A stretch of DNA of 64,000 nt from an uncultured Gammaproteobacteria bacterium (GCA_964564035.1 CAZLZN010000001.1:14845-78844); one strand, 5' to 3'. Positions 8,788 to 19,145 are shown, counted from the first letter of the stretch. Translations and numbers: made by a program. The notes: generated by a model from the sequence alone, not told the origin.

Positions 8788-10015
8788 CAAAAATAAACCC
8801 CAAATTATGCATATTGATCTCGATTCTTGCTTCGCAACAATCGAACAACAGGCAAATCCACTCCTCCGGGGGAAGCCCATCGTTGTCGCCGCACACAATG
8901 CTCCCAATGGATGCATTCTGGCATCGTCTATTGAGGCTAAAAGGATGGGAATAAAAACCGGAATGAGAATTAAAGAGTCGCGCTTAATCTATCCCTATAT
9001 AATAATCCGCACGCCTGACCCGGCAAAGTATCGTGACGTTCATGTCAAATTCAAAAAAATTTTTTCGGATTATTCAAACAAGGTTATTCCTAAGTCAATT
9101 GATGAAGCGATAATAGATCTACATGATATAGAACGACTTAACCTTGACTTGGTTAAAATCGGCCGGGAAATAAAACAGCGAATGAAGACGGAAATAGGAG
9201 AATGGATAAGCTGCAGTATAGGAATCTCTACAAATCGATTTCTCGCTAAGCTTGCCGCAACTATCCATAAGCCGGACGGCCTCGATGTTATAACACACAA
9301 AAATCTGGTTGATATCTACAGCAGGATAGAACTTCTGGACCTACACGGAATCAATGTGCGGTACCAGGCGAGACTCAACGCATACGGAATATTCACGCCG
9401 ATGGATTTCCTGCGGGCAGCCTGTGAAACTCTCGAAAAAAAAGTTTTCTTAAGCATCTGCGGCCGGCAGTGGTATGAAAGAATACGTGGATACGAGACTG
9501 ATGACATCGAATTCAAGACCAAAAGCATCGGTCAACAATACGCGCTAAAAAAGCCGACGGCAAATCCTGCGGAACTCGGCCCCATGATGATGAAACTATG
9601 TGAAAAAATGGGAAGAAGACTGCGTCACAAAGGCTATACCGCGCATGGCATCCACGTGAGAATTAATTATAAAGACGGGACGACTTGGCATAGAGGTCGC
9701 ATGACGAATAGTGAGCTGTACACTACAATGGAACTATATAAAGTGGCGCTTCTTATTTTTAACCAGCAACCGGAAATTAAGCAAGCCACACTTCTTGCAG
9801 TAAGCTGTTACAAGCTGGAAGCAAACGTAAAATCCCAAATGTCTTTATTTGACGCTGATCACACAAAACATAGAAAAATGTCTGATGCTATGGATGAGAT
9901 AAATGACCGCTGGGGAGAATTTACCGTAACACCAGGCCTAATGCTCGGGACAGAGAATATTATTCCTGACAGCATTGCCTTCGGTCGCGTTAAAGAACTT
10001 GAAAACTTAGAATAA
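8771..10015 (+). CDS. dinB: Y-family DNA polymerase (DinB/Pol IV-like)
   Basis: HIDLDSCFA, SIEAKRMGIKTGM, SIDEA, LAKLAA..HKPDG; C-terminal beta-clamp motif QMSLF. Confidence 0.93.
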   Translation: MDLPISKNKPQIMHIDLDSCFATIEQQANPLLRGKPIVVAAHNAPNGCILASSIEAKRMGIKTGMRIKESRLIYPYIIIRTPDPAKYRDVHVKFKKIFSDYSNKVIPKSIDEAIIDLHDIERLNLDLVKIGREIKQRMKTEIGEWISCSIGISTNRFLAKLAATIHKPDGLDVITHKNLVDIYSRIELLDLHGINVRYQARLNAYGIFTPMDFLRAACETLEKKVFLSICGRQWYERIRGYETDDIEFKTKSIGQQYALKKPTANPAELGPMMMKLCEKMGRRLRHKGYTAHGIHVRINYKDGTTWHRGRMTNSELYTTMELYKVALLIFNQQPEIKQATLLAVSCYKLEANVKSQMSLFDADHTKHRKMSDAMDEINDRWGEFTVTPGLMLGTENIIPDSIAFGRVKELENLE

Positions 10016-10032
10016 TTTTTCCACAAATGCAC

Positions 10033-10064
10033 GAACCTGGTTTGTTTTATATTGACAAACAAGG
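10033..10064 (+). repeat. 32-bp RAYT-associated repeat, copy B (left of transposase)
   Basis: gaacctggtttgttttatattgacaaacaagg; 27/32 identical to the reverse complement of copy C; contains TTGACA. Confidence 0.85.
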
Positions 10065-10096
10065 ACAGAGTGCGTAATACTAAATTATCGCTTAGT

Positions 10097-10768
10097 ATGC
10101 CATATAGAAAAATTCCACTTGTAAAAAATGAAATTTATCATATCTTCAACCGAAGCATTGCAAGACAGCCTATTTTTAAAACACAAATAGATCACAAACG
10201 AATTCTTGAGATTATAAACTTTTATAGACATGATACCAGACCCCTACGATTTTCACATTTTAAAAGGTTACCAATTGACCAAAAAAAAGATATCTTAGAG
10301 GAATATGCAAAGAATCAAAAATATCTCGTAGAAATATATGCATACTGCGTAATGCCAAATCATTTCCACTTCTTATTAAAAGCAACTCAAGACTCCGGAA
10401 TTTCAATTTTCATGAGAAACCTGCAACATAGTTATTCTAATTATTTTAATATAAAAAACAACAGGACAGGATCATTATTTCAGTCCATGTTTAAAGCAAT
10501 CAGAATAGAAACTGACGAGCAGCTTTTCCATGTTTCAAGATATATTCATTTAAATCCGGCAACTTCATTTATCATACCTATTGAAGCTCTTGAAACATAT
10601 CAATGGTCTTCATTTAAAGATTTTATAAACAAAGCAACTGAAAGCATGATCAATAAGCAGTATATTTATGAGAATTTTAAAAGCGTAGGAGAATACAAAA
10701 AGTTTGTGTATGATCAAGCTGATTATCAGCGCGAGTTAGATAAAATAAAGCACCTTATCTTCAAATAA
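10097..10768 (+). mobile_element. REP-associated tyrosine transposase (RAYT, Y1 HUH family)
   Basis: YHIFNR, YAYCVMPNHFHFLL (HUH), GSLFQ..FKA, RYIHLNP, YQWSS; flanked by inverted 32-bp repeats. Confidence 0.92.
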
Positions 10769-10800
10769 CCTTGTTTGTCTACCTAAATCAAACCGGGTTC
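10769..10800 (-). repeat. 32-bp RAYT-associated repeat, copy C (right of transposase, inverted)
   Basis: Starts immediately after the RAYT stop codon; reverse complement gaacccggtttgatttaggtagacaaacaagg. Confidence 0.85.
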
Positions 10801-10875
10801 AGTTAACATATTAACATCGCAATACAACGAGACCTCTTGACCTTGCCCGCTGAATTATTTTATATTTAAATAAGA

Positions 10876-11088
10876 ATGAAAAAAGAAACAATACTCTGGC
10901 AAATAATTGTAGTTATCCTCGGTCTACTCCTGATATTGACTCTAAACTATTATCTGCAGGAAAATAACAAAATAAAAGCCCTCTCGGAAACGGCAAAATG
11001 CATATCCGATATGAAAAACGCGTTTCCCGATGGAAGCAGATCCGATGTATGCGAAGACATCCTGAACTTCAAAAATAAATCCCTCTAA
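10876..11088 (+). CDS. Small membrane-anchored hypothetical protein
   Basis: N-terminal hydrophobic helix, two Cys; upstream TTGACC..TATATT. Confidence 0.6.
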   Translation: MKKETILWQIIVVILGLLLILTLNYYLQENNKIKALSETAKCISDMKNAFPDGSRSDVCEDILNFKNKSL

Positions 11089-11100
11089 ACCAGATCTTAA

Positions 11101-11409
11101 TCAACTCACTCGCCACAAAGACTTACTCAGATCTACTTTATCGCCCTCAAAAAAAACACCCTCTTCCTCTAGCATTTTTTTCTTGGAGCTTATACCGTCA
11201 CCGGCCGAATACCCGGTAAGCTTTCCGTCGGACGCGACTACCCTGTGACACGGAGTATTCGGAATATCGGGATTATTCCTCATACACATCCCGACAGCGC
11301 GGGCCGCCCGCGGACTTCCGGCGAGCACCGCGATCTGCCCGTAAGTTGCAACCTTACCCCTGGGAATTTTTCTAACCTCTTCATACACTCTAAATCCAAA
11401 CTTTCTCAT
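11101..11409 (-). CDS. Short O6-alkylguanine DNA alkyltransferase (MGMT family)
   Basis: IPRGKVATYGQIA, AARAVG, active-site PCHRV. Confidence 0.92.
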   Translation of the reverse strand: MRKFGFRVYEEVRKIPRGKVATYGQIAVLAGSPRAARAVGMCMRNNPDIPNTPCHRVVASDGKLTGYSAGDGISSKKKMLEEEGVFFEGDKVDLSKSLWRVS

Positions 11410-11442
11410 ACTTCCCCTTAATACTTAATACTTAATACTATC

Positions 11443-12318
11443 TTAAAACCATCCCTTTTTCCCCTGCAATTCTTCCTTCCTGAATTCCTCCAAAAGCTCT
11501 TTTTGTTTCTTATTCAGTTTTTTCGGAACACTGACTTTGATTCTCACATAATGATTCCCGCGCCCACTGCCGCGAAGATGCGGCATGCCCCGGCCGTTAA
11601 GGCGTATCAATATTCCGGGCTGTGTCCCCTCCGGAATTTTTATTTTTAGAGGACCGTCAATCGTCTCAACTTCAACCTCATCTCCCAGCGCGGCCTGAGC
11701 GATCGAAACTTCTTTCTCTGAAATGATCTCCGACCCTTCTCTTTCAAATCTCGGATCGGACGCTACATCGAGCACTATATCATATTTCTCAAATCTGATT
11801 CTCGAACCGCTGTCAACGCCAGCCGGTATTTTTATTTTCTGCTTCTCTCCGTTTACTACCACTTCTTTTTCAGTGCCTTTCGCCGCTTCCATAAAAGTAA
11901 TTCTGGCCGAATAAACAGGCCTTCTCTGCCGGCCGCCAAACGGACTGCCGCCGCCGAAAAATTGCTCAAAAATCTCAAAAGGATCGGAATAGCCTCCGAA
12001 ATTAAAATCAAAACCGCCTCCATTATTGGAATAAGTGTAATTAAAAGGCCCGTATTGTCCGCCCTGACCTCCATAAGGATTTTGTCCCGCGCCCTGTTCA
12101 TACGCCGAATGTCCGACCTGATCATACATCTTCCTTTTTTCATCATTCGCCAATACTTCGTAAGCTTTAGTTACCTCTTTGAACTTCGCCTCAGCATCCT
12201 TGGATTTATTTCTATCAGGATGATATTCCAAAGCAAGCTTACGGTAAGCCTTCTTGATCTCATCAAGACTCGCTGTTTTATTGACCCCCAATATTGAATA
12301 ATAATCTCCGCTCGCCAT
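11443..12318 (-). CDS. dnaJ: DnaJ chaperone (no zinc finger, class B)
   Basis: J domain with HPD, G/F region, C-terminal domains, no CxxCxGxG repeats. Confidence 0.93.
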   Translation of the reverse strand: MASGDYYSILGVNKTASLDEIKKAYRKLALEYHPDRNKSKDAEAKFKEVTKAYEVLANDEKRKMYDQVGHSAYEQGAGQNPYGGQGGQYGPFNYTYSNNGGGFDFNFGGYSDPFEIFEQFFGGGSPFGGRQRRPVYSARITFMEAAKGTEKEVVVNGEKQKIKIPAGVDSGSRIRFEKYDIVLDVASDPRFEREGSEIISEKEVSIAQAALGDEVEVETIDGPLKIKIPEGTQPGILIRLNGRGMPHLRGSGRGNHYVRIKVSVPKKLNKKQKELLEEFRKEELQGKKGWF

Positions 12319-12359
12319 ATTACTACCTGTTATTTACCAAAAAAGCGCCTTACTGCGCT

Positions 12360-12475
12360 CAATTATTTCAAATTTCTAATTTATAATTTGAAATTAATTT
12401 TCAATGTTTTAAATTTTAAATTTTAAACATTTATGTTTGATTGAAAATTGAAAATTGAAAATTTCAAATTGAAAA
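12360..12475. repeat. AT-rich heptamer element between dnaK and dnaJ
   Basis: ttgaaaattgaaaattgaaaatttcaaattgaaaa and ttttaaa runs. Confidence 0.65.
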
Positions 12476-14398
12476 CTATTCTACCACTTCTCCCTCAACC
12501 GGCTCATCTTTGTCTTTTTTCTTTTTATCTTCTTTTTTCTCGCCCTCAGCATTCTCAGCCTGACCCTCGGCGCCTTGATCCTGAGCCTGATCTCCGGTTG
12601 CGCCGGCTGCACTGTACATGCTCTGACCAATCTTTTGCAGATGATCCGAAAGTTCCTGAGTTTTTGCCTTAATATCTTCTTTGGAACCGCTATCGAGTAT
12701 ATCTTTTAGCGCCTTTACCTTTTCCTCAACTTCTTTCCTCAGATCCTCGCTGATCTTGTCTTTATCTTCACGTAATGCCTTCTCTGCTGTAAATATCAAA
12801 GCATCTGCCTGATTCCTGACTTCAACTTTTTCTTTCTTTTCTTCATCTTCTTTCGCGTGCAATTCAGCCTCTTTGGTCATTTTCTCAACTTCTTCTTTCG
12901 ATAAACCTGTCGATCCGGTTATTTTGATGCTTTGCGCTTTGCCTGTTGCCTTATCTTTCGCGGTAACATTCAGAAGTCCGTTCGCGTCAATATCAAAAGT
13001 AACCTCAATCTGCGGTACGCCTCTCGGCGCCGGCGGAATTCCGTCCAAAATAAATCTCCCCAGTGATTTATTATCGTTCGCCATCGGCCGCTCTCCCTGT
13101 AAAATATTTATTTCTACCTGCGTCTGATTATCGCCTGCTGTAGAAAATACCTGCGATTTTGAAGTAGGAATAGTTGTATTTCTTGTAATAAGCGGCGTAG
13201 ATACTGCCCCCATCGTCTCAATACCCAGAGTCAGTGGCGTAACGTCAAGAAGCAATACGTCCTTAACTTCTCCGCCGAGAACTCCGGCCTGCACGGCCGC
13301 GCCGACTGCGACTACTTCATCCGGATTGACCGATCTATTGGCTTCTTTCCCGAAAAACCGCGTTACAACCTCAACCACTTTAGGCATCCTCGTCATACCT
13401 CCGACCAAAATTACTTCGTTTATATCTTTCTCAGTCATTCCGGCATCTTTTAGAGCCTTCTTGACCGGCTCAAGCGTTTTTTCAACTAATTCACCGACAA
13501 CCATCTCAAGCTTTGATCGTGTCAAAGTCATTGTCAGATGCAGCGGTCCGTCTTTGCCTTGAGTTATAAACGGCTGATTTATTTGCGCTTCCTGACTGCT
13601 GGACAGCTCTATCTTTGCCTTCTCCGCCGACTCTTTCAGCCTCTGAAGGGCTTGCGAATCTTTGCGTAGATCAATACTGTTTTCTTTCTGGAACTCCTCG
13701 GCTATATATTCTATTATTTTCTGATCAAAATCGTCTCCACCGAGATGCGTATCGCCATTCGTGGATTTGACGTGGTATACGCCTTCTCCAAGCTCAAGAA
13801 TTGAGATATCAAAGGTTCCGCCTCCCAAATCATAAACCGCAATCGTGTGTGTATTTTTCTTATCGAGCCCGTATGCCAAAGCTGCAGCTGTCGGTTCATT
13901 AATAATACGAAGTACCTCAAGTCCGGCTATCTCACCGGCCTGTTTGGTAGCCTGTCTCTGACTGTCATCAAAATACGCCGGAACCGTAATGACCGCCTGT
14001 GTTACTTTACTTCCCAAATACGCTTCGGCATCTGCCTTAATTTTCTGAAGAATCATCGCGGAAACTTCCTGCGGAGTAAATGTTTTACCCTCAACCTCAA
14101 CGACTGCCATATCATCACGACCTGCCTTGACTGTATATGGAAGCCATTTTGTATCAAACTGGACAGACTTATCATGGAACTTCTTTCCCATGAGTCTCTT
14201 AATTGAAAAGATTGTCCTCTTTGGCTTAAGCACCATTTGCCTCTTCGCGACGTCTCCGACCACGTGCGAGATTGGATCGACTACAGACGGTATAACATTG
14301 CGTCCTTCTGCGGAATGGATCACTTTTGGCGATCCGCCCTCCATTACAGCGACACACGAATTTGTTGTTCCTAAATCAATTCCTATTATTTTTCCCAT
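12476..14398 (-). CDS. dnaK: Chaperone DnaK
   Basis: [26 protein letters not shown]. Confidence 0.99.
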   Translation of the reverse strand: MGKIIGIDLGTTNSCVAVMEGGSPKVIHSAEGRNVIPSVVDPISHVVGDVAKRQMVLKPKRTIFSIKRLMGKKFHDKSVQFDTKWLPYTVKAGRDDMAVVEVEGKTFTPQEVSAMILQKIKADAEAYLGSKVTQAVITVPAYFDDSQRQATKQAGEIAGLEVLRIINEPTAAALAYGLDKKNTHTIAVYDLGGGTFDISILELGEGVYHVKSTNGDTHLGGDDFDQKIIEYIAEEFQKENSIDLRKDSQALQRLKESAEKAKIELSSSQEAQINQPFITQGKDGPLHLTMTLTRSKLEMVVGELVEKTLEPVKKALKDAGMTEKDINEVILVGGMTRMPKVVEVVTRFFGKEANRSVNPDEVVAVGAAVQAGVLGGEVKDVLLLDVTPLTLGIETMGAVSTPLITRNTTIPTSKSQVFSTAGDNQTQVEINILQGERPMANDNKSLGRFILDGIPPAPRGVPQIEVTFDIDANGLLNVTAKDKATGKAQSIKITGSTGLSKEEVEKMTKEAELHAKEDEEKKEKVEVRNQADALIFTAEKALREDKDKISEDLRKEVEEKVKALKDILDSGSKEDIKAKTQELSDHLQKIGQSMYSAAGATGDQAQDQGAEGQAENAEGEKKEDKKKKDKDEPVEGEVVE

Positions 14399-14473
14399 AA
14401 TTTCCTTTCGTTAATAAACTACTTGTCAAAATTTATACCTCCCCAAGCTTTCTGATTCGAACTTATCATCAGT

Positions 14474-14515
14474 GTTCTGCTCTGCAGAACTTCTTCAGCG
14501 CTCTGCTCTGCAGAA
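14474..14515. repeat. Doublet of short palindromes TCTGC-TCT-GCAGA
   Basis: Two copies (14474-14490 and 14502-14515) in the grpE-dnaK spacer. Confidence 0.5.
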
Positions 14516-14526
14516 ATTACAATATC

Positions 14527-15033
14527 TTATTCTTCAGTGTCCTGCTTTGCTGAACCTACTATCACCTGTGCAGGTCTCAAAACCTTATCATTTATTATAT
14601 ACCCGGTTCTCAAAACTTCAAGCACTTTGTTTTCTTCTCCTTCCGCAACTTTTATACATTCCATCAGATTTGGATCAAACTCTTTACCCTGCGCTTCGAT
14701 CTGAGTTACCCCTTCGGCTTTCAGTGCGTCCAGAAACTGATCAATGCTTACTTTCAAACCTTCATTGTTTATGTGCTGATTTGCCAGTAATAGTGTATCC
14801 AAAACAGGCAATAATCGCAATAGCAATTCTCTGTTTGCCGACCTTATTAAATTTAACCTTTCATCTGCCGTCCGTTTCTGTAAATTTTGATAATCGGCAA
14901 GCGCCCTCTTATACTTACTCTCATTTTCCTCAACCTGAGCTTTCAATTTTTCCAGTTCCTGTTCATCCTCAGGTTTCTTCAGCTCTTTTTCTTCTACATC
15001 TTCCTTTTTATTTTTATTATCATCACTCTTCAT
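14527..15033 (-). CDS. grpE: Nucleotide exchange factor GrpE
   Basis: RALADYQN, FDPNLME, GY....VLRPAQV; operon position. Confidence 0.96.
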   Translation of the reverse strand: MKSDDNKNKKEDVEEKELKKPEDEQELEKLKAQVEENESKYKRALADYQNLQKRTADERLNLIRSANRELLLRLLPVLDTLLLANQHINNEGLKVSIDQFLDALKAEGVTQIEAQGKEFDPNLMECIKVAEGEENKVLEVLRTGYIINDKVLRPAQVIVGSAKQDTEE

Positions 15034-15068
15034 CTTTAATTTTTGATCTTTGATCTTTGATTTTATCT

Positions 15069-15803
15069 CTACCAGCCCGATGCGCTCGACTCAATCAAAT
15101 TCCCAAAATACCTGACTGTCGGTATAATAGATGTATATCTGAGCCTGACCGGACCTACCACTCCAATTTTACCCGTAATATTCCTTGGTGTCTTAAAATC
15201 TGTAAATATAAATCCATAAGGCCCATGCAGACTGTCTCCCAACTCATCCTCGATCAACACATGAATATCCTCAGACTCATTATTGGTATGAGCAAATATC
15301 CCTCTGATCAGATCATATTCATCAATAGCAGTCAGCAAATTTTTAGTAACGTCTATATCGTAAAACTCCGGCATATCCAAAATATTTGCGTACCCCGAGC
15401 AGTACAGGTTCTCATTGTCTATAGTCGCGATTGCCAAAGTGTTGGTTTTCTCCGCAAGAGATTTTGTAACTTCCTTCAAAAACCTCTGCATCTTATCTCT
15501 ATAGTCCCAAACTTTCTCCTTTAGCGCGACCTCTTCGACGATCGACAGCTCTTTTTCCTTCATCAACTCCCTGACATAAAACTTAATTCCTTTAGAAGTA
15601 GGTATGCGCCCGGCCGAAGAATGCGGCTTTTTCAGATATCCCTGCTCAGAGAGCTGCACCATCTCATTTCGTATCGTAGCAGGAGATGCGCTTATGTTCC
15701 TCTTCTTCTCAATCGTCTCGGAACCGACCGGCTCCGCTGTCTCAATATATTCCTCGACAATACTCTTGAGTATTTCAATTTGCCTTTGCGTTAAGTTATG
15801 CAT
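15069..15803 (-). CDS. hrcA: Heat-inducible repressor HrcA (short form)
   Basis: IVEEYIETAEPVGS, SPATIRNEM, PHSSAGRIP, IGVVGPVR. Confidence 0.95.
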   Translation of the reverse strand: MHNLTQRQIEILKSIVEEYIETAEPVGSETIEKKRNISASPATIRNEMVQLSEQGYLKKPHSSAGRIPTSKGIKFYVRELMKEKELSIVEEVALKEKVWDYRDKMQRFLKEVTKSLAEKTNTLAIATIDNENLYCSGYANILDMPEFYDIDVTKNLLTAIDEYDLIRGIFAHTNNESEDIHVLIEDELGDSLHGPYGFIFTDFKTPRNITGKIGVVGPVRLRYTSIIPTVRYFGNLIESSASGW

Positions 15804-15812
15804 ATTACTAAT

Positions 15813-15849
15813 TTAGCAATAATATAACATGAGTGCCAATTCATGTCAA
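15813..15849 (-). promoter_or_regulatory. CIRCE operator overlapping the hrcA promoter
   Basis: TTAGCAATA-N9-GAGTGCCAA at 15813-15839; minus-strand TTGACA-17-TATATT. Confidence 0.88.
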
Positions 15850-15854
15850 GAGAT

Positions 15855-16062
15855 AAAAATCCCGCAACTTAACGCTCGGGAAATCATATACTGCGCTTTG
15901 TAGGGAGTGACCTGCCTTGCAGCCGTGTCTGCCTGCAGGCAGGAAATCCCGTCCGATACGAAAAACCTCTTCGCTCTCATCCTACAGCTTATGGTACGAC
16001 TACGCTCGCTATCCTGAGCATGCCGAAGGACGCTCGAATTTTTCCGCGAAGGGGGATAACAT
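15855..16062 (-). ncRNA. Candidate structured RNA (~200 nt, possibly 6S-like) carrying REP-like hairpins
   Basis: GC-rich intergenic tract; ends ATCCC/GGGAT and internal TGTAGG/CCTACA can pair; followed by a T-run. Confidence 0.3.
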
Positions 16063-16098
16063 TCAGTATTAATTATCATTATTCTGTATAATAACTGT

Positions 16099-16329
16099 AT
16101 GAATGGGCTATTCATTTATACAATACGTGTTTATCAAAAACTTTTCTCCCCCCTCCTGAGTTCTGCCGGGATCCAGTGTATATACAAAAAATCTTGCTCC
16201 GATTACTGTGTGGATCAGCTTAAAAAACACAATTTCATAAAAGCCTTGATTCTATGCGCTCTCAGGATCCTAAGCTGTAATCCTGTAAACTCTTATCTGA
16301 AAAATAAAAAATTACGCCGTACTCAATAA
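16099..16329 (+). CDS. yidD: Membrane protein insertion efficiency factor
   Basis: YQKLFSP...C.Y..SCSDY...RILSCNP three-Cys pattern. Confidence 0.88.
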   Translation: MNGLFIYTIRVYQKLFSPLLSSAGIQCIYKKSCSDYCVDQLKKHNFIKALILCALRILSCNPVNSYLKNKKLRRTQ

Positions 16330-16380
16330 ATCCGCCTTTCATTGCGATAGTATTTAAAATATAATAAAAACAACACACCT

Positions 16381-16788
16381 ATGCCTGCATTTATACCATT
16401 TAAATCTTTCAATAAAAAAAATTTTATACTCAACTTTCTTTTCGGCATTATATTCCTGATAGCCTCGGCCGCAACAATCATTTTTTTCCCGCCCGGCCAT
16501 AATTTTAATCTATATGGCATAAACATAGCGGCCACTTCTGTTTTTTATACCTTATTATTCTTAACTGTTTATTTCCTGGTAAATTCGTTCCTCCCCAACA
16601 AAAAACACGGTATACTGATCGCATTATTTACTGTCATTTACCTGATTTTCCGCCAATACAACCTGCGCAATCCATTATTTCTCCTTCTATTACTTGCACT
16701 TTTTCTGACCTTCGAATTCCTCTTCTCAGGCTCTCGGACAAAATCACGCGGGGTAAAAAGCCTGGACAGCGGCTCCGATAATAATTAA
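16381..16788 (+). CDS. Hypothetical 4-TM membrane protein
   Basis: Four hydrophobic segments; colinear with yidD and metG. Confidence 0.7.
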   Translation: MPAFIPFKSFNKKNFILNFLFGIIFLIASAATIIFFPPGHNFNLYGINIAATSVFYTLLFLTVYFLVNSFLPNKKHGILIALFTVIYLIFRQYNLRNPLFLLLLLALFLTFEFLFSGSRTKSRGVKSLDSGSDNN

Positions 16789-16842
16789 TTACATTGTCAA
16801 GCTTGTACAAACAATAACGCTCTGATACAATTTTTTTATCAA

Positions 16843-18288
16843 ATGAATAAATTCTACATAACAAATGCGATCCCCTATGTTAACGCCCGACCCCATATTG
16901 GTCACGCGCTGGAATTTATTCAATCAGATGTTTACGCGCGCTTTCACCGTCTGCTTGGCCGCGATGTAATGCTTTTATGCGGCTCCGACGAAAACTCCCT
17001 CAAGAACGTCCAAGCTTCGGAAAAACTTGACCTCCCCATCCAGGAATTCGTGGATCGTTATAGCAAATACTTTGAAGAATTAGCCGGCAAACTGCATGTT
17101 AAATTTGACGTTTTCCAAAAAGGCTCAAATCCGCTCCACCACAAATCATCGCAAAAATTATGGGAATTATGCCGGGAGAAAGATGATATTTATAAAAAAA
17201 AATATACCGGCCTCTACTGCGTAGGCTGTGAAATGTTTTATACGCGCGATGAGCTAAACGAAAACGGCGAATGCTTTGAGCACCCGGGCACCAAGCTGGA
17301 AGAGATAGAGGAAGAAAACTATTTTTTCAAATTAAGTAAATACCAAAAAGAACTAAAAATATTGATCGAAAACGACACTCTAAAAATCACGCCTCTATAC
17401 CGCAAAAATGAGATACTTGCCTTTATAGATAGCGGCCTCGAAGACATAAGTATTTCCAGATCAAATCAGCGTGCCAAAAACTGGGGCGTATCAGTCCCGG
17501 GTGACAACAGTCAAAAAATGTATGTTTGGTTTGATGCCCTGAATATTTACCAAAGTGGAATCGGGTTTGGAGATGACGACCAAAAATACCGCAAGTGGTG
17601 GCCTGCGGACTTGCACGTGATCGGCAAAGGAATTATACGTTTTCATGCCGTATACTGGCCGGCTTTTCTGATCTCGGCAGGATTGCCTTTGCCGAAACAG
17701 CTTTTTGTCCACGAATATATCACTCTCAATGGACAGAAAATCTCAAAAACTCTCGGCAACATCATTGACCCGAACGACATTATTGATAAGTATGGAAGCG
17801 ATGCTCTCCGATACTATCTCCTGGCCAAAATATCGCCATTTCAGGATGGTGATTTTTCAGACATTAAATTTACACAAGCCTACAATGCGGATCTCGCGAA
17901 TGGTCTGGGCAATCTCATCGCGCGCGTTGCCAAAATCTGCGAAACAATCGAGTATCAGCAAATGGGAACCGCAAGCCGCGCGACCGAACACATTATTCAG
18001 GACAGCGAATATATGAAAACAATTGAAGAATTCAAATTCAATGAAGCTCTAAACTTTATCTGGAAAAAAATATCGGCACTCGATGTATATATAAATCAGG
18101 AAAAGCCTTGGACCTTGATCAAAACCAACAGTCAAAAACTCCAATCGATATTGGCTCACTGCGTAGACCAGATCCAGGAAATTGGACTCCTGCTGGATCC
18201 TTTTATGCCCGAAACATCTGCCAAAATTCTTGAGCAATTCAAAGGCCCCCAAATAAAATCAGACAAATCTCTATTCCCCAGAATTTAA
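16843..18288 (+). CDS. metG: Methionine--tRNA ligase
   Basis: IPYVNARPHIGH, YCVGCE, YVWFDAL, KISKT. Confidence 0.97.
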   Translation: MNKFYITNAIPYVNARPHIGHALEFIQSDVYARFHRLLGRDVMLLCGSDENSLKNVQASEKLDLPIQEFVDRYSKYFEELAGKLHVKFDVFQKGSNPLHHKSSQKLWELCREKDDIYKKKYTGLYCVGCEMFYTRDELNENGECFEHPGTKLEEIEEENYFFKLSKYQKELKILIENDTLKITPLYRKNEILAFIDSGLEDISISRSNQRAKNWGVSVPGDNSQKMYVWFDALNIYQSGIGFGDDDQKYRKWWPADLHVIGKGIIRFHAVYWPAFLISAGLPLPKQLFVHEYITLNGQKISKTLGNIIDPNDIIDKYGSDALRYYLLAKISPFQDGDFSDIKFTQAYNADLANGLGNLIARVAKICETIEYQQMGTASRATEHIIQDSEYMKTIEEFKFNEALNFIWKKISALDVYINQEKPWTLIKTNSQKLQSILAHCVDQIQEIGLLLDPFMPETSAKILEQFKGPQIKSDKSLFPRI

Positions 18289-18331
18289 ACTACATCATAT
18301 TCTAGGTTAGCTAAAACCTAACACCTAAGCC

Positions 18332-18955
18332 CTAATCACTATGCGTTAACTCCGAAAAAACAACCGTTCTATGCGAATAATTTTCAGTATTTTCATTCCA
18401 TTCACCCCTGCATGTAATTAAATTAAGACGCGGCACATCAGACGCCCCGAATACCTCCTCAATCGGAAAATCATCATAAGGAAAATCTTGAATATTTGTA
18501 ACCAGAAACACAAACTCCTGACCCCTTTCATCCTCGATAACAATCTCATCGCCTTTTTCAAGCTTTGATAAATCCCAAAAAACAGCAGGTGACCCGTCCT
18601 CTCTATCATAATGCCCGGCAAGCACCGCGTTACCTTTGGTACCCGGTTTAAATCCCGGACCAAACCACGATGTATTTCCTGCGTCTTTCGGCACATCCAT
18701 TCTACCCTCACTGTCTACTCCTACGCGCTCAACTTGCGTATCTACATTTATAGTAGGTATGCGGACTTTGACAGGCGTAGAGGGCTCGTTCTCGACAGCC
18801 TGTTTACTAGAACTAATAATAGGACTTATCTCGTTTTTGGTATTAGATTTATCTCTCTGAGATTGTGCCTGTAAAAAATTAAAATTATTTACCAGTGCAA
18901 CACTTATAAATACCAACCCGATTAGTCCTATTATTAAAGCTATTCTCATATACAT
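18332..18955 (-). CDS. Class F sortase
   Basis: N-terminal TM; GRMDVP, PGTKGNAVLAGH, LNLITC, HRTVV (His-Cys-Arg triad). Confidence 0.92.
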   Translation of the reverse strand: MYMRIALIIGLIGLVFISVALVNNFNFLQAQSQRDKSNTKNEISPIISSSKQAVENEPSTPVKVRIPTINVDTQVERVGVDSEGRMDVPKDAGNTSWFGPGFKPGTKGNAVLAGHYDREDGSPAVFWDLSKLEKGDEIVIEDERGQEFVFLVTNIQDFPYDDFPIEEVFGASDVPRLNLITCRGEWNENTENYSHRTVVFSELTHSD

Positions 18956-18965
18956 GATGCTGCCT

Positions 18966-19145
18966 TTACTGCGCTCTTCCTGTCGCCGGTGCGCTATCCG
19001 GCATGGTTACCGATGGCGAAGTAGCTGGCGATACGGTAGGTGTAGTAGTTGGCCTTTGCGTTGGGCTTTGAGCCAATACTACGGTAGCCGCCGCTAGAAT
19101 TGAAAAAGCTATTACTCCTGTTGATAATGCTGCTCTTCTTATCAT
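18966..19145 (-). CDS. 59-aa secreted Pro/Thr/Ser-rich peptide ending APATG-RAQ (probable sortase substrate; not in ORF track)
   Basis: MIRRAALSTGVIAFSILAAATVVLAQSPTQRPTTTPTVSPATSPSVTMPDSAPATGRAQ; SD AAAGGAGGTGA; stop lies 10 nt before the sortase ATG. Confidence 0.85.
   Translation of the reverse strand: MIRRAALSTGVIAFSILAAATVVLAQSPTQRPTTTPTVSPATSPSVTMPDSAPATGRAQ

Noticed and set aside
10097-10768. IS200/IS605 element with TnpB
   Set aside because: No tnpB; length and motifs fit RAYT rather than IS200 TnpA.
15846-16115. 89-aa minus-strand ORF
   Set aside because: It reads through REP-like palindromes (LRHAQD, CLQA) and has no protein features.
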